From positions 128,001 through 192,000 of the forward strand of contig OZ244742.1 of the NCBI GenBank assembly GCA_965219415.1: 64,000 bases of DNA, written 5' to 3'. A model generated the notes under the pieces. The model searched no databases. It saw only the letters and a program-made list of their open reading frames with translations, and was not told the origin of the DNA. Made by a program: the position numbers and the translations under genes. Of the stretch, positions 45,572 to 57,756 are shown piece by piece (within the stretch, counting starts at the first letter, position 1; the number at the start of each line of letters is the position of its first letter). The DNA comes from Candidatus Marinacidobacterales bacterium (GTDB taxonomy: Bacteria > Acidobacteriota > Vicinamibacteria > Marinacidobacterales > DATDRI01).

Positions 45572-46644
45572 TTACTCTACAATCGGAACACTATCTTCGT
45601 ACGTATCCCAGTTCTGCAAGAGCTCCCTGACTACCGCACTGCCTACTCGATAAGCGTTCTCGAGTGCAGGAAAGTAAGCTGAGTAGCCTTTGTCTTTCTT
45701 TTCACCGGAGAGGCTTTCCGCGGCGCTCAAGCCTTCGTGCGGCATGACGTAATTGCTCGCGCTTCGCAAGACCAAAAGGCGGGCCCGGTCCACCTTTCCC
45801 GCTTGCGCAAGAAAATTGAGGGCCTGGTGGGTGCCGGTATCTTCCATTGCCGAGGTGACGAAGTTTCCCTCGTCGTTGGTCCAGTAGTCTACCCAGTCGT
45901 TGGCCCAATCGTTGGCCCAATCGGTGAGCAGTCGGCCGTGCCAGAAGGTAGAGGAGGCCATGTTGTCACCTTTTAGGACAAAGGGAGGTCTCCGGGCGTT
46001 GGGGAAATGGACGTATCGGGAGCGCAACACTTTCATGGCTTCTATATCTTGAAGCGGAATGTCTTTGGTGAGTTGAAAGGCCCATTCCATGAGACCGGTA
46101 TTGAGGTGGTAAACGGCCCCTTCGTCATCGTCCGGGCGAGGCTTTTCGTAGGGACGGGACTTGCGCAAGGGAACGTAACCTGTGGGCCAGTCCTGGGGGC
46201 TTCGCGCATATCGATCTCATGCGCGATGTCCCCGTCCACAAGCCATTCGGCCCACGCGACTGAACCGAGCGACATATCCGCGGGGTCGGCTCCCGCGATG
46301 CCCGCGACCAACCAGTAAGCCTTGGTCAGGTCGAAGCGGGGATCCATTCCGAGTGCCATGACCGTGGAAGCCGCCCGTGCCGTGCCTATGCCGGTCACGA
46401 CGCCAAGAACGCCGTGTTCACTGTACCGGAGGTTCCGGTACCCCTGAGGAAAAGAGATGGTCTCGGGAAGTGGGAATTGCTCCACCCAGTTTTGAAATTC
46501 CCCGGGGCGGTCACCGGCATCATCGGCGGGTTCGAACATCGCGACGACGACGACCTTGACGGGGAGCCGGGCGTCAGGTGTTTGCGAGGGGTAAAGGGAC
46601 CCGGCTAGAAGAATGAGAGGAACAATCGATAATCCGCTCGTCAA
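45572..46644 (-). CDS. Purine nucleoside permease (NUP family), frameshift near 46185
   Basis: VKVVVVAMFE, YWLVAGIAGADP, FVTSAMEDTG, LVLRSASNY, LENAYRVG. Confidence 0.85.
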
Positions 46645-46645
46645 A

Positions 46646-46722
46646 TGGTACGCCTGAGAGGACTTGAACCTCCGACCTACGGATTAGGAATCCGTCGCTC
46701 TATCCGGCTGAGCTACAGGCGC
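46646..46722 (-). tRNA. tRNA-Arg (anticodon CCT)
   Basis: GCGCCTGTAGCTCAGCCGGATAGAGCGACGGATTCCTAATCCGTAGGTCGGAGGTTCAAGTCCTCTCAGGCGTACCA, 77-nt cloverleaf with encoded CCA. Confidence 0.97.
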
Positions 46723-46751
46723 ACAAGGACTTAGGACGACGCCCGATCCCG

Positions 46752-46775
46752 GTGTAGTGAATACCGTAGTGGAAT
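46752..46775. repeat. Putative integrase arm-type sites; second copy at 53717..53740
   Basis: GTGTAGTGAATACCGTAGTGGAAT vs GTGTAGTGAATACCGTCGTGGAAT, each holding tandem GTAGTG(G)AAT-like units. Confidence 0.65.
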
Positions 46776-46779
46776 GGAC

Positions 46780-47431
46780 CCCGGTTTTTGCTCCATGATT
46801 CGCTCCACGCGTCCGCTTTGTGGCTCGGGCTCATATGGGCATATCGTACCACCATGTCCAACTCTTTCCATCCGCCGAGCTCCTGGACGGTGCGGAGGTC
46901 GACGCCGCCCATAACCAGCCTTGAGGCGAAGGTGTGCCTCAGCGTGTGGGGCGTCACATCTTTCGATAGACCCACGGTTCGCCTGGGCCGTGTCGAAGGC
47001 TGTGCGAATGGATTTCAACTGTTCGCCCTTGCGCGGCCCCTTCCAGGCGACAAAGATCGGGTCCTCAGGGCCTGTGTCGGTCGAAACCTTGCGTAACTTC
47101 GACAGCGCCGCATGTAGCTCGCTGTTAATCGGGATCGTTCTCGTCTCTCCATTTTTTGCGTAGGCTCCGTCGACCGTGAGCTGCTTGCGCGCCAAGTCAA
47201 CATTGCCCATCGAAGCGTGAGTGCCTCAGAGGCGGTCCGTGTGCCGGCATGGATGCCCACGAGGACAACGGTCTTCAGCGGTTCGGAGCAAACTGCTAGG
47301 AGCCGTTCCTCTTCATCGTGATCCAGGAATCGGATCTTCCCCTTCGGTTCCTTCAGGAACTTCACTTCGCAGACAGGGTTCTCACCCTCGAACTTCTTCC
47401 ATTGCCTGCACCGATTGAACAAGGCTTTCAA
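46780..47431 (-). pseudogene. Tyrosine recombinase/integrase remnant
   Basis: IRFLDHDEEERLL, AGTR.SE, AKNGETRTIP, TPHTLRHTFAS, LGGW, VRYAH spread over three frames; N-terminus missing. Confidence 0.88.
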
Positions 47432-47673
47432 GGTCCGGCGACCCGCGGGAGAAGCGGATGCTGGCAGCTTGGAGGCTTCTTGGAACCGTTCTCCGAAGGG
47501 ACTTCCTTAGTCTGATGGAACATCTTGGCGCACGCAAGAAGGTCCGGCGGAAGGGAGTCTAGCTAGCCCGCTTTTTCACGGAAGGGATGGGGACCATACC
47601 CTCTTCCCACCGGCCGTAGGCGGCATACCTCCTGTTTGTCCCCGCTCCGCTTCCGGTCGGCTTCGCCGCCAAC

Positions 47674-49456
47674 ATGGGCGGTGCGGGCCTAATGTCGCTC
47701 GTCCTACCCTTTCCAACCATCGGAGCTGGCGCGGTAGAGGAGGTGTTGAGTCTGTCTTTCATGGCCTTGACTCCGGGCAGCAGCACGCTAGGAATCTTTG
47801 GGAGTCCTCCAGCCATCCTGTTCTCCGGCGGCTTCCCGTTGTTTCCCGACCCGACGCTCGCGAGTGGCACCGTCACCGTGACAGGCGGAAAGTGTGCCAA
47901 TCTTAGTTGGGAATTGAAACGGCTCCAAACCCCGTGGTTTGGTGGCGTTGGACAAAACAAAATCAAACCGCGAAGAAAGGAGCCGAGATGGGAAGTCTGC
48001 TACGTTCGGTCAAGAAACGCAAGAAGTCGCGTCGTTTGGGTGAGGTCGAGATGGTGAGGCACGAGGATTACGGGGAACTCGCGCTGGACGCCAAGGTAGA
48101 GATGATCCGTTGGTTGGTCCCCCTTGGTCTAATGCACGTTCACGAGTTGCTCGACGACGAAGTGAAGGCGTTGGCGGGAGAGCGATACTCTCGCAAGGAC
48201 GAGCTGGAGCGCGGTCGCCGTCCCGGAAGCAACCCGGGCACGGTAGGGCTTGGCGGCCAGCGGGTACCGATCCGTGTGCCACGGGTTCGGAGCATCGAGG
48301 GAGGAGAGATTCCGCTTCGCTGCTACGAGGCGGTGAGCCACGGCGGTGAGGTGAATGATCTTCTGCTGAAACGAGTTCTCTACGGAATCTCTTGTCGCAA
48401 CTACGAGGCGGCAGCGGAAGCGATTCCGGGCGCCATCGGGCTGTCGAGCTCAACGGTGTCCCGAGGGTTCGTGCAAGCGAGCGCTGCGAAGCTGCGGGAG
48501 ATGCAGGAACGGGATCTGACCGGCGAGGATGTGGTGGTGCTGTTTCTGGATGGGAAGACATTCGCCGAGGCAACGATGGTCGTGGCTCTGGGCATCACGC
48601 TTTGCGGGGAAAAACGCTTCTTGGGCTTCGTGGAGACGGACACGGAGAACGCGCAGGTGTTGACGCCGTTCCTGCGTTCACTGCTCGAGCGGGGACTCGA
48701 TATCTCCCAGGGTCTGCTGGTGATCATCGACGGCGGCAAGGGTCTCCAAGCGGCAGTCAAGAAGGCATTCCGTAAGCGGGCCCTGATACAACGCTGCCAG
48801 TGGCACAAACGTGAAAACGTAGTGAGCTACCTGTCCAAGGGCGAGCAGGCGTCATGGCGCAAGCGGCTCCAGTGGGCCTACAACAGGCCGGAGTACGAAG
48901 AGGCCCTCACTGCGCTCGAGCAACTCCACGGTGAGTTAGAAGAGCGGAACCAATCTGCAGCTGACAGCCTGGAGGAAGGCCTCGAGGAGACGCTGACGTT
49001 GCATCGACTCGGCGTGCACGCGGTGCTGGGCCGTTCGTTCAAGACGACGAACTGCCTTGAGTCCGTCAATGCTCTCGTCGAGGAACGCTGCGCGAAGGTC
49101 GACCACTGGAAGAACTCGAGCCAACGCCAGCGCTGGTTGGCAACGGCGCTCGTAGACATCGAACCGCGCTTGAGGAAGGTGGTGGGCTACCGCCATCTTC
49201 CCAAGCTTCGCGAAGCTCTCAAGCGGGAACTGAAGATCGAGGCGAAGACATCAACCGTATCGAAGAAGAAGGTCGCTTAAACGTGAGCCGTGGAGAGTTT
49301 CAACTAAGAATGGGCTTGACTCTGCCTCCAGGCGTTCCGGAGCCAGCAACGTTTCTATTGATGGCGATCGGTTTGGCGGGGGTGAGCTTGCGTGCAACGC
49401 GGCGAGGCCAACGGTGGCCGGCTTCGGGCAATACCTCTGGTGGCCCCTCTCAATAG
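47674..49456 (+). pseudogene. PEP-CTERM protein remnant (cohesin-like beta domain) split by IS256
   Basis: ...VLSLSFMALTPGSSTL...ASGTVTVTG continues in frame after the IS into GVPEPATFLLMAIGLAGVSLRATRRGQR. Confidence 0.7.
47888..49322 (+). mobile_element. IS256-family element, type B
   Basis: Transposase 47988..49280 (FLDGK, IIDGGKG, QRCQWHK, TTNCLES); TIR core TCTTAGTTG; TSD degenerate. Confidence 0.9.
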
Positions 49457-49485
49457 CGCGATACCAAATCGGCTCTCGGAAGGAA

Positions 49486-49815
49486 TCAATCGGGGATTGC
49501 GATATAGAGCATTTCCATTGGCAAGCCCTTCTGGTCAAAAGAGGGCTCCCCAACGAGACGTTGCAACGTGCCGCTGCGTGTCTCCGCTGTCACAAAGGCT
49601 TCGAGGGCATCGACGATGTCATCCGCTCTAACATCCTTCCGACGTATCTCCGCTAGAGCCCGGTCGAGCAAGTCGCCCGCGTCCTTCTCGTACCTCATGA
49701 GAACGTCGAGCCGCTCATTCCGGCCGGCTTGTGTCGACTTCCTATGCTTCATTGGCTTCTTTCCAGCCAGCGCCCAGAAGCACACCTCGGGGTGAATCTC
49801 ACGGACGGCGAAACC
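49486..49815 (-). pseudogene. DUF429 domain C-terminal fragment
   Basis: REIHPEVCFWALAG, DDIVDAL, DQKGLPMEM. Confidence 0.7.
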
Positions 49816-50043
49816 GTTTTGGACAACCTCAGCGAATCAGCCTGGTCACCCTTAAAGGCCCTCGTTTGCACTCCGTGTGCCTGCCGTGCTACTAGCAACC
49901 TAACGGAAGGGCCAGGAGTCTTGCTCCACAATCTGGTCTACTACGCATTCTCCAAGCAGTAGTCCACCCCTAGCCAACGGCTCCACTCTGGTCCCTTCCA
50001 GCTGGGCGTTTCCAATTCCGAAAATGCGACGGAGGAGGGCCTT

Positions 50044-52320
50044 ATGGAACGGGTGGGTCGGAGTGTTTGGGTTCTTTTCACGTTTTGCCTTATTTTTTGT
50101 CTGGCGGCCCTTGGCGAGCTGACATGGATTTATTGGAAGTTCGTTCCCGTACACGCAGTGGTTTTTGCGGGCCTCGCCGCAGAGCTTCAACTTCAAGATA
50201 GGATAGTCATCAGTGCTTCGCACTGGTTTATCCGGAGTTATAACCAGAAGTTGTGGATCGCCTGAATGAGAAAGGCGGCGTATCCTTCCATGTAAGACAA
50301 AGGCCAAACCGGTTTTAGCGAACCGGAGGAAGGAAACGCCACCGATGCTGAGGATACAAGATCCACCGAAGGAAACGAAACATGAGGAAGTCGGGACTGC
50401 GCTCGATGAGCTGGCTCGTGAGGGGGCGCGTCGAATGTTGATGACGGCGCTGGAGGAGGAAGTCGGAGACTACATCGAAAGCCACTCTCCGGAACGAGAC
50501 GAGAACGGACACGCGAGCGTAGTCCGCAACGGTCGAGCTCGAGCCCGCAAAGTGACGATGGGCTGCGGAACGATGGAAGTCGAGGCGCCGCGAGTCAACG
50601 ACAAGCGGGTGATCGATGGAGAACGTCAGCGCTTCACGAGCAGCATCTTACCTCCGTATATGCGTCGCTCCCCGAAGGTGAGTGAGGTTTTGCCGTTGCT
50701 GTACTTGCGCGGATTGTCGACGAACGATTTCGGGCCTGCGCTGAAGGAGCTGCTGGGCGAGGAGGCTTCGGGGCTTTCGTCGACGGCGATCACGAGGCTG
50801 ACGGCGAAATGGCAGTCGGAGTACGAAGAGTTTCGGAAACGAGACTTGAGCCGCGAGGATTACGCGTACATCTGGGTCGACGGCGTTCACTTCAATGTTC
50901 GTCTCGAAGACGACAGGCTTTGCACCCTTGTCGTTCTTGGTGTTCGGGCGGATGGGACGAAGGAGCTGCTCGCGGTGGAGGACGGTTATCGAGAGAGCGA
51001 GGAGAGCTGGGCGTACGTGCTGAGGGAACTAGATCGCCGCGGGATGAAACCTCCTCTTCTCGCCATCGGAGACGGCGCCTTGGGATTCTGGGTTGCGGTT
51101 CGAAACGTATGGCCGGAAACCCGTCACCAGTTGTGCTGCGTTCACAAGACAAAAAACGTCCTCGACAAGCTACCGAGGCGTCTTCATGGCCGTGTGAAGA
51201 GCGCCCTGAACGAGATCGTCAAGGCTGAGACCAGGGAGCAGGCGGAAGAAGCTCTTGAGCGGTTCGAATCGGACTACGGGGCCAAGTACCCCAAGGCTGT
51301 CGCATCCCTGACCAAGCACCAGGACAAACTCCTGACGTTCTACGATTTCCCCGCCGAGCACTGGGAGCACATCCGAACCGCCAACCCCATCGAGTCGGCG
51401 TTCGCCACGGTGCGACTCCGGCAGAGAGTTACCAAGGGAGCAGGCTCCCGTTCGAAAACCCTCCTCATGGCCTACAAGTTACTCGACATGGCGAGCCAAC
51501 GATGGCGCCGGGTGAACGCCCCCGCACTTGTCGCTCGGATACTTGAGGGAGAGAAGTTCGTCGACGGATTAAACGAAGAAGCGAGGAACGCCGCTTGACT
51601 CAGAAAGTTGATCCACAACTCTTGACAATATCTCGTTTATCCGGCTTCTGCCATTATTCATCCTCGTCGCTGTTTTGCTCAGTGGAGTGGTTATCACGGC
51701 GCTGCTAATTGCTTTTACGAAGATGCGTCGCTCTCCGTCCTTTGTCGTCGCAATCTCCACCCTCGTGTTGCTCTTTGGGATGGCTGCCGCTGCGACTTCC
51801 GCTTACGCGGTCTATAGGATGAATTTCACCTTAGTGGCAGCAGTGTCCCACTGGGCAGCTAGAGAGAAGGCGATTGAAAAGCTGGAAGAGGAATGGAACG
51901 AAGCTTTCGGGAGCAGAGATGTTGATGCTTTGGCGAGCATGATCACTGACGACTTCGTAGCAATGCCACCGAACGAGCCCGCGCTCGTCGGTAAAGAAGC
52001 CTACGTGCCATGGATAAGGGAGTTTTTGGCTGGATTGGAAGATGAGAACACGAATACTGAATCAGACGTTTCGACTGATGAAATTGTAGTCGACCGTGAT
52101 TGGGCGTTTGTGCGAGCCACCGTCAGCTGGGCGACCACGCCTGCTGCTGGTGGCGACCCGACGGCGGAAGGCCAAGTCTTGTACATCCACATCATTGCAC
52201 AGAGAGCCCGACGGCTCCTGGAAGCTTGCCCGCGACATTTGGAACGAGGACAACCCACTCGCGGGCTCGTCAACGCACTTGTCACTCACCTCTCCTAAAA
52301 GGAATGAATTTGGGGTGTGA
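50044..52320 (+). pseudogene. Membrane protein with SnoaL/DUF4440 domain, split by IS256
   Basis: SHWFIR|LLPLF rejoins across the TSD; four TMs, then AFGSRDVDAL, MPPNEP, DGSWKLARDIWN; late frameshift. Confidence 0.75.
50235..51634 (+). mobile_element. IS256-family element, type C copy 1 (intact)
   Basis: TIR GAGTTATAACCAGAAGTTGTGGATC / GAGATATTGTCAAGAGTTGTGGATC; 9-bp TSD GTTTATCCG; transposase 50345..51598. Confidence 0.95.
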
Positions 52321-52408
52321 GGATTGGGGGAGAGAGAGAAGAAGAGAGAGATGCCCACACGCCCCGGATTTGTTTTAGGGGGTCACGCTCACACAACCCG
52401 GAATGGCT

Positions 52409-53050
52409 TTAGGGGGAGTAGCCCGTCCGTGTGCGCACCGTTAGGCCGGGCCGGCCGTGCACACGCACTTCGACCTTGCGCCAATCATCCTCGCGACCAT
52501 TGGTTATAGGCACGTAGGAGATCCCGTATTGATGATTCAGGTCGCGTTGTACCGACTCCAAATTCCCTTCCAAGTCTTGGGCATTTTTCGCAAACAATGC
52601 AAGGCCGCCACTTTCCTGCGCGATTCGTTTCAGAAACGGTTTATTCATCGGGCGTGCTGTAGTTCCGGTCGCGAGCGAGTGGCGCCGGCTGTCGACGCCC
52701 AACGGGTAGATCACCACATCCGAACGCCGTACTGCTTGAGCCACATCTTTTTGCGAAGCGACACTACCGTAACCTGCGACCCTCGAATCGATCCCATCCG
52801 GATTCACCCGTTTGCATTCGGACAGTAAGTAGAATCGATAACTTCGGTACTTCAAAATGAAGTCGATTCGCGTTCCTTGGCCCTGAACGTAAACGGGGAA
52901 CTCTGAAACAACGAACTCCCAGCCAGCGTTCTCCTCGTTGCGCAGCCGGTCGATCTCCTTGATAACGGCAAACTGGAATCCATAGCCGTGCCTGCCAAGA
53001 GCGGCCTCGAACTCTCGGACTAACTTGTCGTCTGCGGGCTCGTTGGGCAT
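52409..53050 (-). CDS. Chimeric ORF: PD-(D/E)xK nuclease-like N-terminus fused to VWA C-terminus
   Basis: RIDFIL...LSECKRVNP then DGIDS...VVIYPLG, LKRIAQESGG, QYGISY, WRKVEV, VRTRTGY; junction near 52800. Confidence 0.6.
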   Translation of the reverse strand: MPNEPADDKLVREFEAALGRHGYGFQFAVIKEIDRLRNEENAGWEFVVSEFPVYVQGQGTRIDFILKYRSYRFYLLSECKRVNPDGIDSRVAGYGSVASQKDVAQAVRRSDVVIYPLGVDSRRHSLATGTTARPMNKPFLKRIAQESGGLALFAKNAQDLEGNLESVQRDLNHQYGISYVPITNGREDDWRKVEVRVHGRPGLTVRTRTGYSP

Positions 53051-53217
53051 ATCCTCGGCCTCGTAGCTTCAGCGAATCGCAGGCTACGGCGTGTGGGGCC
53101 CGAGTGTCAATCGATGAACGGGGGCTTGCAGGGTCAAGGGACAGGGATTGGCGGGGTGGAAAAGAATTTCTCATAGAGCCAAGCAAGCGAAGCTCCAAGC
53201 GCGATCAGCCACGGAAG

Positions 53218-53694
53218 CTAAGCCATCCAGGGCTCGCGTCTAGCCTTTTTTTCGCGGCGTATAGACTCGCGACCTTCTGAGACGCCAATCGCGTTCAGTC
53301 GGGGAGTGTTTGTGATTTCACTATTCGTTATGGCGCCGTCTCTCTGCGGAATGCTAATGACACCGTACTTGAGCGCTCGCCGCCGCAATCGGCGGTCAAG
53401 TTTTAGTCCATAGACCTCCCCGAAACCGTAGGTCAATCTGACGAGTCGCGAGCGCTCCTCGCGGAGTTCGGCGGTCCGCGAGTTCGAGCAAAGCTCCTCG
53501 AGTTTCTTGTGATCGACGATTGCCATGGAGGGCTCTATTGCTTTGTCGCGGATCCGCGCGAGTTCTTCGTCGAGAAGCCACATTCGAAGCGTGATGTAGC
53601 GCGTCATGATGACACGCTTAACGGCAAGGGCGAACGCCCATGGTAAGAGGGCGAGCGAAGACGAAGTGATTCGGTCGAGCGGTCGCGGGCTCAT
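53218..53694 (-). CDS. Hypothetical protein
   Basis: 158-aa ORF at the island end, no recognisable motif. Confidence 0.3.
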   Translation of the reverse strand: MSPRPLDRITSSSLALLPWAFALAVKRVIMTRYITLRMWLLDEELARIRDKAIEPSMAIVDHKKLEELCSNSRTAELREERSRLVRLTYGFGEVYGLKLDRRLRRRALKYGVISIPQRDGAITNSEITNTPRLNAIGVSEGRESIRREKKARREPWMA

Positions 53695-53857
53695 CAGCGG
53701 CAGACACCCTCGAAAAGTGTAGTGAATACCGTCGTGGAATTATAGGCGAAACTGGGGTAATTCCGGGGAAACCTGAGGAACAGAAAACTGCACTCAACTC
53801 ATTGCGGCTGAAGAGATTAACCCTGTTTTCAACAGGTTGGAAAAATGCGTCCGGTTT

Positions 53858-53899
53858 GATTAGGAATCCGTCGCTCTATCCGGCTGAGCTACAGGCGCA
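53858..53899 (-). repeat. att-site copy: 5' 41 nt of tRNA-Arg(CCT)
   Basis: GATTAGGAATCCGTCGCTCTATCCGGCTGAGCTACAGGCGCA, identical to 46682..46723. Confidence 0.92.
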
Positions 53900-53950
53900 T
53901 CAATAAGTTACGCGGACGACGCTTTCGAGCGTCGGAAAAAGCGTCGGGAA

Positions 53951-54172
53951 TTATCCTCCTCTTTTTGGGGGTGGATTGGCAAGGTCCTCGACGGCGGTGG
54001 CAAGGTGCTCATCATTGACATGAGCGTAGCGTTCCACCCTCTCAAGAGTCTTCCAGCCGCCTAGTGCTTGGATGCTGCTCACGTCCTGCTTGTTCATAGT
54101 CAACCAGCTCGCGAATGTGTGCCGGAGCACGTGCCGGGTCAGCTTGCCGACACGCACAAGGTCAAGAAGCAA
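53951..54172 (-). pseudogene. Second integrase C-terminal remnant
   Basis: RHVLRHTFASWL, LGGWKT, ERYAH; same position relative to the tRNA fragment as integrase 1; tandem GCGTCGG(A/G)AA motifs at 53928-53950. Confidence 0.85.
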
Positions 54173-54300
54173 TCCAATTCCTTCAGTTGGGCGTGATCGA
54201 CGAATTGAGTATCGGCTTCGATACCGCGGAATTCGAGATGCGCGAGAGCGCAGACGGCGAAAAAATTCGGCTTATCACCCGGCTCCGTCCCGAAGAAACG
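54172..54300 (+). pseudogene. HK97-type phage prohead protease fragment
   Basis: QFLQLGVIDELSIGFDTAEFEMRE...IRLITRL resembles the G.IDGLSIGF catalytic-Ser motif. Confidence 0.5.
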
Positions 54301-54481
54301 CGAATCTTGAGCCAGTATGAGAATCAGTTAGAAACGGCGTTGGGTAGATGGGCGCGCGACTCGTGCCTCCGGCTCAGCACGAAGGGTTCACATAAACGCC
54401 GTTATTATCGGTCCCGGTTCCCAGTTATAAACCTCCAGGTCATTTCGAAAGATGCCCCGTCTTCACCAAAATAGTACACAC

Positions 54482-55795
<1,314 letters not shown>

Positions 55796-57667
55796 CTAGA
55801 TCTTATAATTGCACCTAGAGTTGCTAAGACAGGAGATATTGTCAAGAGTTGTGGATCAACTTTCTGAGTCAAGCGGCGTTCCTCGCTTCTTCGTTTAATC
55901 CGTCGACGAACTTCTCTCCCTCAAGTATCCGAGCGACAAGTGCGGGGGCGTTCACCCGGCGCCATCGTTGGCTCGCCATGTCGAGTAACTTGTAGGCCAT
56001 GAGGAGGGTTTTCGAACGGGAGCCTGCTCCCTTGGTAACTCTCTGCCGGAGTCGCACCGTGGCGAACGCCGACTCGATGGGGTTGGCGGTTCGGATGTGC
56101 TCCCAGTGCTCGGCGGGGAAATCGTAGAACGTCAGGAGTTTGTCCTGGTGCTTGGTCAGGGATGCGACAGCCTTGGGGTACTTGGCCCCGTAGTCCGATT
56201 CGAACCGCTCAAGAGCTTCTTCCGCCTGCTCCCTGGTCTCAGCCTTGACGATCTCGTTCAGGGCGCTCTTCACACGGCCATGAAGACGCCTCGGTAGCTT
56301 GTCGAGGACGTTTTTTGTCTTGTGAACGCAGCACAACTGGTGACGGGTTTCCGGCCATACGTTTCGAACCGCAACCCAGAATCCCAAGGCGCCGTCTCCG
56401 ATGGCGAGAAGAGGAGGTTTCATCCCGCGGCGATCTAGTTCCCTCAGCACGTACGCCCAGCTCTCCTCGCTCTCTCGATAACCGTCCTCCACCGCGAGCA
56501 GCTCCTTCGTCCCATCCGCCCGAACACCAAGAACGACAAGGGTGCAAAGCCTGTCGTCTTCGAGACGAACATTGAAGTGAACGCCGTCGACCCAGATGTA
56601 CGCGTAATCCTCGCGGCTCAAGTCTCGTTTCCGAAACTCTTCGTACTCCGACTGCCATTTCGCCGTCAGCCTCGTGATCGCCGTCGACGAAAGCCCCGAA
56701 GCCTCCTCGCCCAGCAGCTCCTTCAGCGCAGGCCCGAAATCGTTCGTCGACAATCCGCGCAAGTACAGCAACGGCAAAACCTCACTCACCTTCGGGGAGC
56801 GACGCATATACGGAGGTAAGATGCTGCTCGTGAAGCGCTGACGTTCTCCATCGATCACCCGCTTGTCGTTGACTCGCGGCGCCTCGACTTCCATCGTTCC
56901 GCAGCCCATCGTCACTTTGCGGGCTCGAGCTCGACCGTTGCGGACTACGCTCGCGTGTCCGTTCTCGTCTCGTTCCGGAGAGTGGCTTTCGATGTAGTCT
57001 CCGACTTCCTCCTCCAGCGCCGTCATCAACATTCGACGCGCCCCCTCACGAGCCAGCTCATCGAGCGCAGTCCCGACTTCCTCATGTTTCGTTTCCTTCG
57101 GTGGATCTTGTATCCTCAGCATCGGTGGCGTTTCCTTCCTCCGGTTCGCTAAAACCGGTTTGGCCTTTGTCTTACATGGAAGGATACGCCGCCTTTCTCA
57201 TTCAGGCGATCCACAACTTCTGGTTATAACTCGTAAGACAGCCATAGGTAATGCACTCTCTATTTATAAAGAACAGCTCTATCTTATTGATCCGGCAGAT
57301 CGGGATTCTTCCAAGGTTGAAATAGGAGATATCAGAGATAAAACCTTTGTGATGGTACCTGACTCATGCGGTCTTTCAGAAATCACCAGATCTATTTTGA
57401 GAAGTACCAGTAGAGACTTCAAAGAATATGAGGGAAAAGCCATGACTTATCAGGTCCTCGTTGACTGGTCTGCAAATGGATTGGGTTGCGCCGTTTTACC
57501 AAAGAGCAACATTCCTGAAAGGAATAAAAAAGACCTTGATCACCAAACGGTCGAAACCCATCGCTATAATTTTTGAGGCAAAGTGGCAGTCTTCACAAAA
57601 GAAGATAAAATCCTCCGTTAAACACTTAAAGACAAGCTCTGAGAAAATATACTCTGACCTGGTTTGA
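55796..57667 (+). pseudogene. AT-rich LysR substrate-binding domain fragment split by IS256
   Basis: LDLIIAP...|YKEQLYLI...PDSCGLSEITRSIL...SANGLGCAVLPKS; visibly lower GC than the surroundings. Confidence 0.7.
55833..57232 (-). mobile_element. IS256-family element, type C copy 2 (intact)
   Basis: Transposase 55869..57122 identical in protein sequence to 50345..51598; flanks (C/G)TAAGACAG. Confidence 0.95.
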
Positions 57668-57668
57668 A

Positions 57669-57691
57669 TCTATCCGGCCGAGCTACAGGCG
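57669..57691 (-). repeat. Third, shorter tRNA-Arg 5' fragment (end of putative island 2)
   Basis: TCTATCCGGCCGAGCTACAGGCG, 22/23 identical to the tRNA 5' region. Confidence 0.75.
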
Positions 57692-57756
57692 AGTTGCGAC
57701 GAAGAGAGTTTGGCGCATTGTGAAAAACGTGGGGAGATTCGGCGGCGGTTGGCGAA

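Larger units (their letters stand above)
46682..53899. mobile_element. Decayed genomic island 1 integrated at tRNA-Arg(CCT)
   Basis: 42-bp direct repeat 46682..46723 / 53858..53899 (5' half of the tRNA); adjacent integrase; matching 24-bp motifs inside both ends. Confidence 0.8.
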
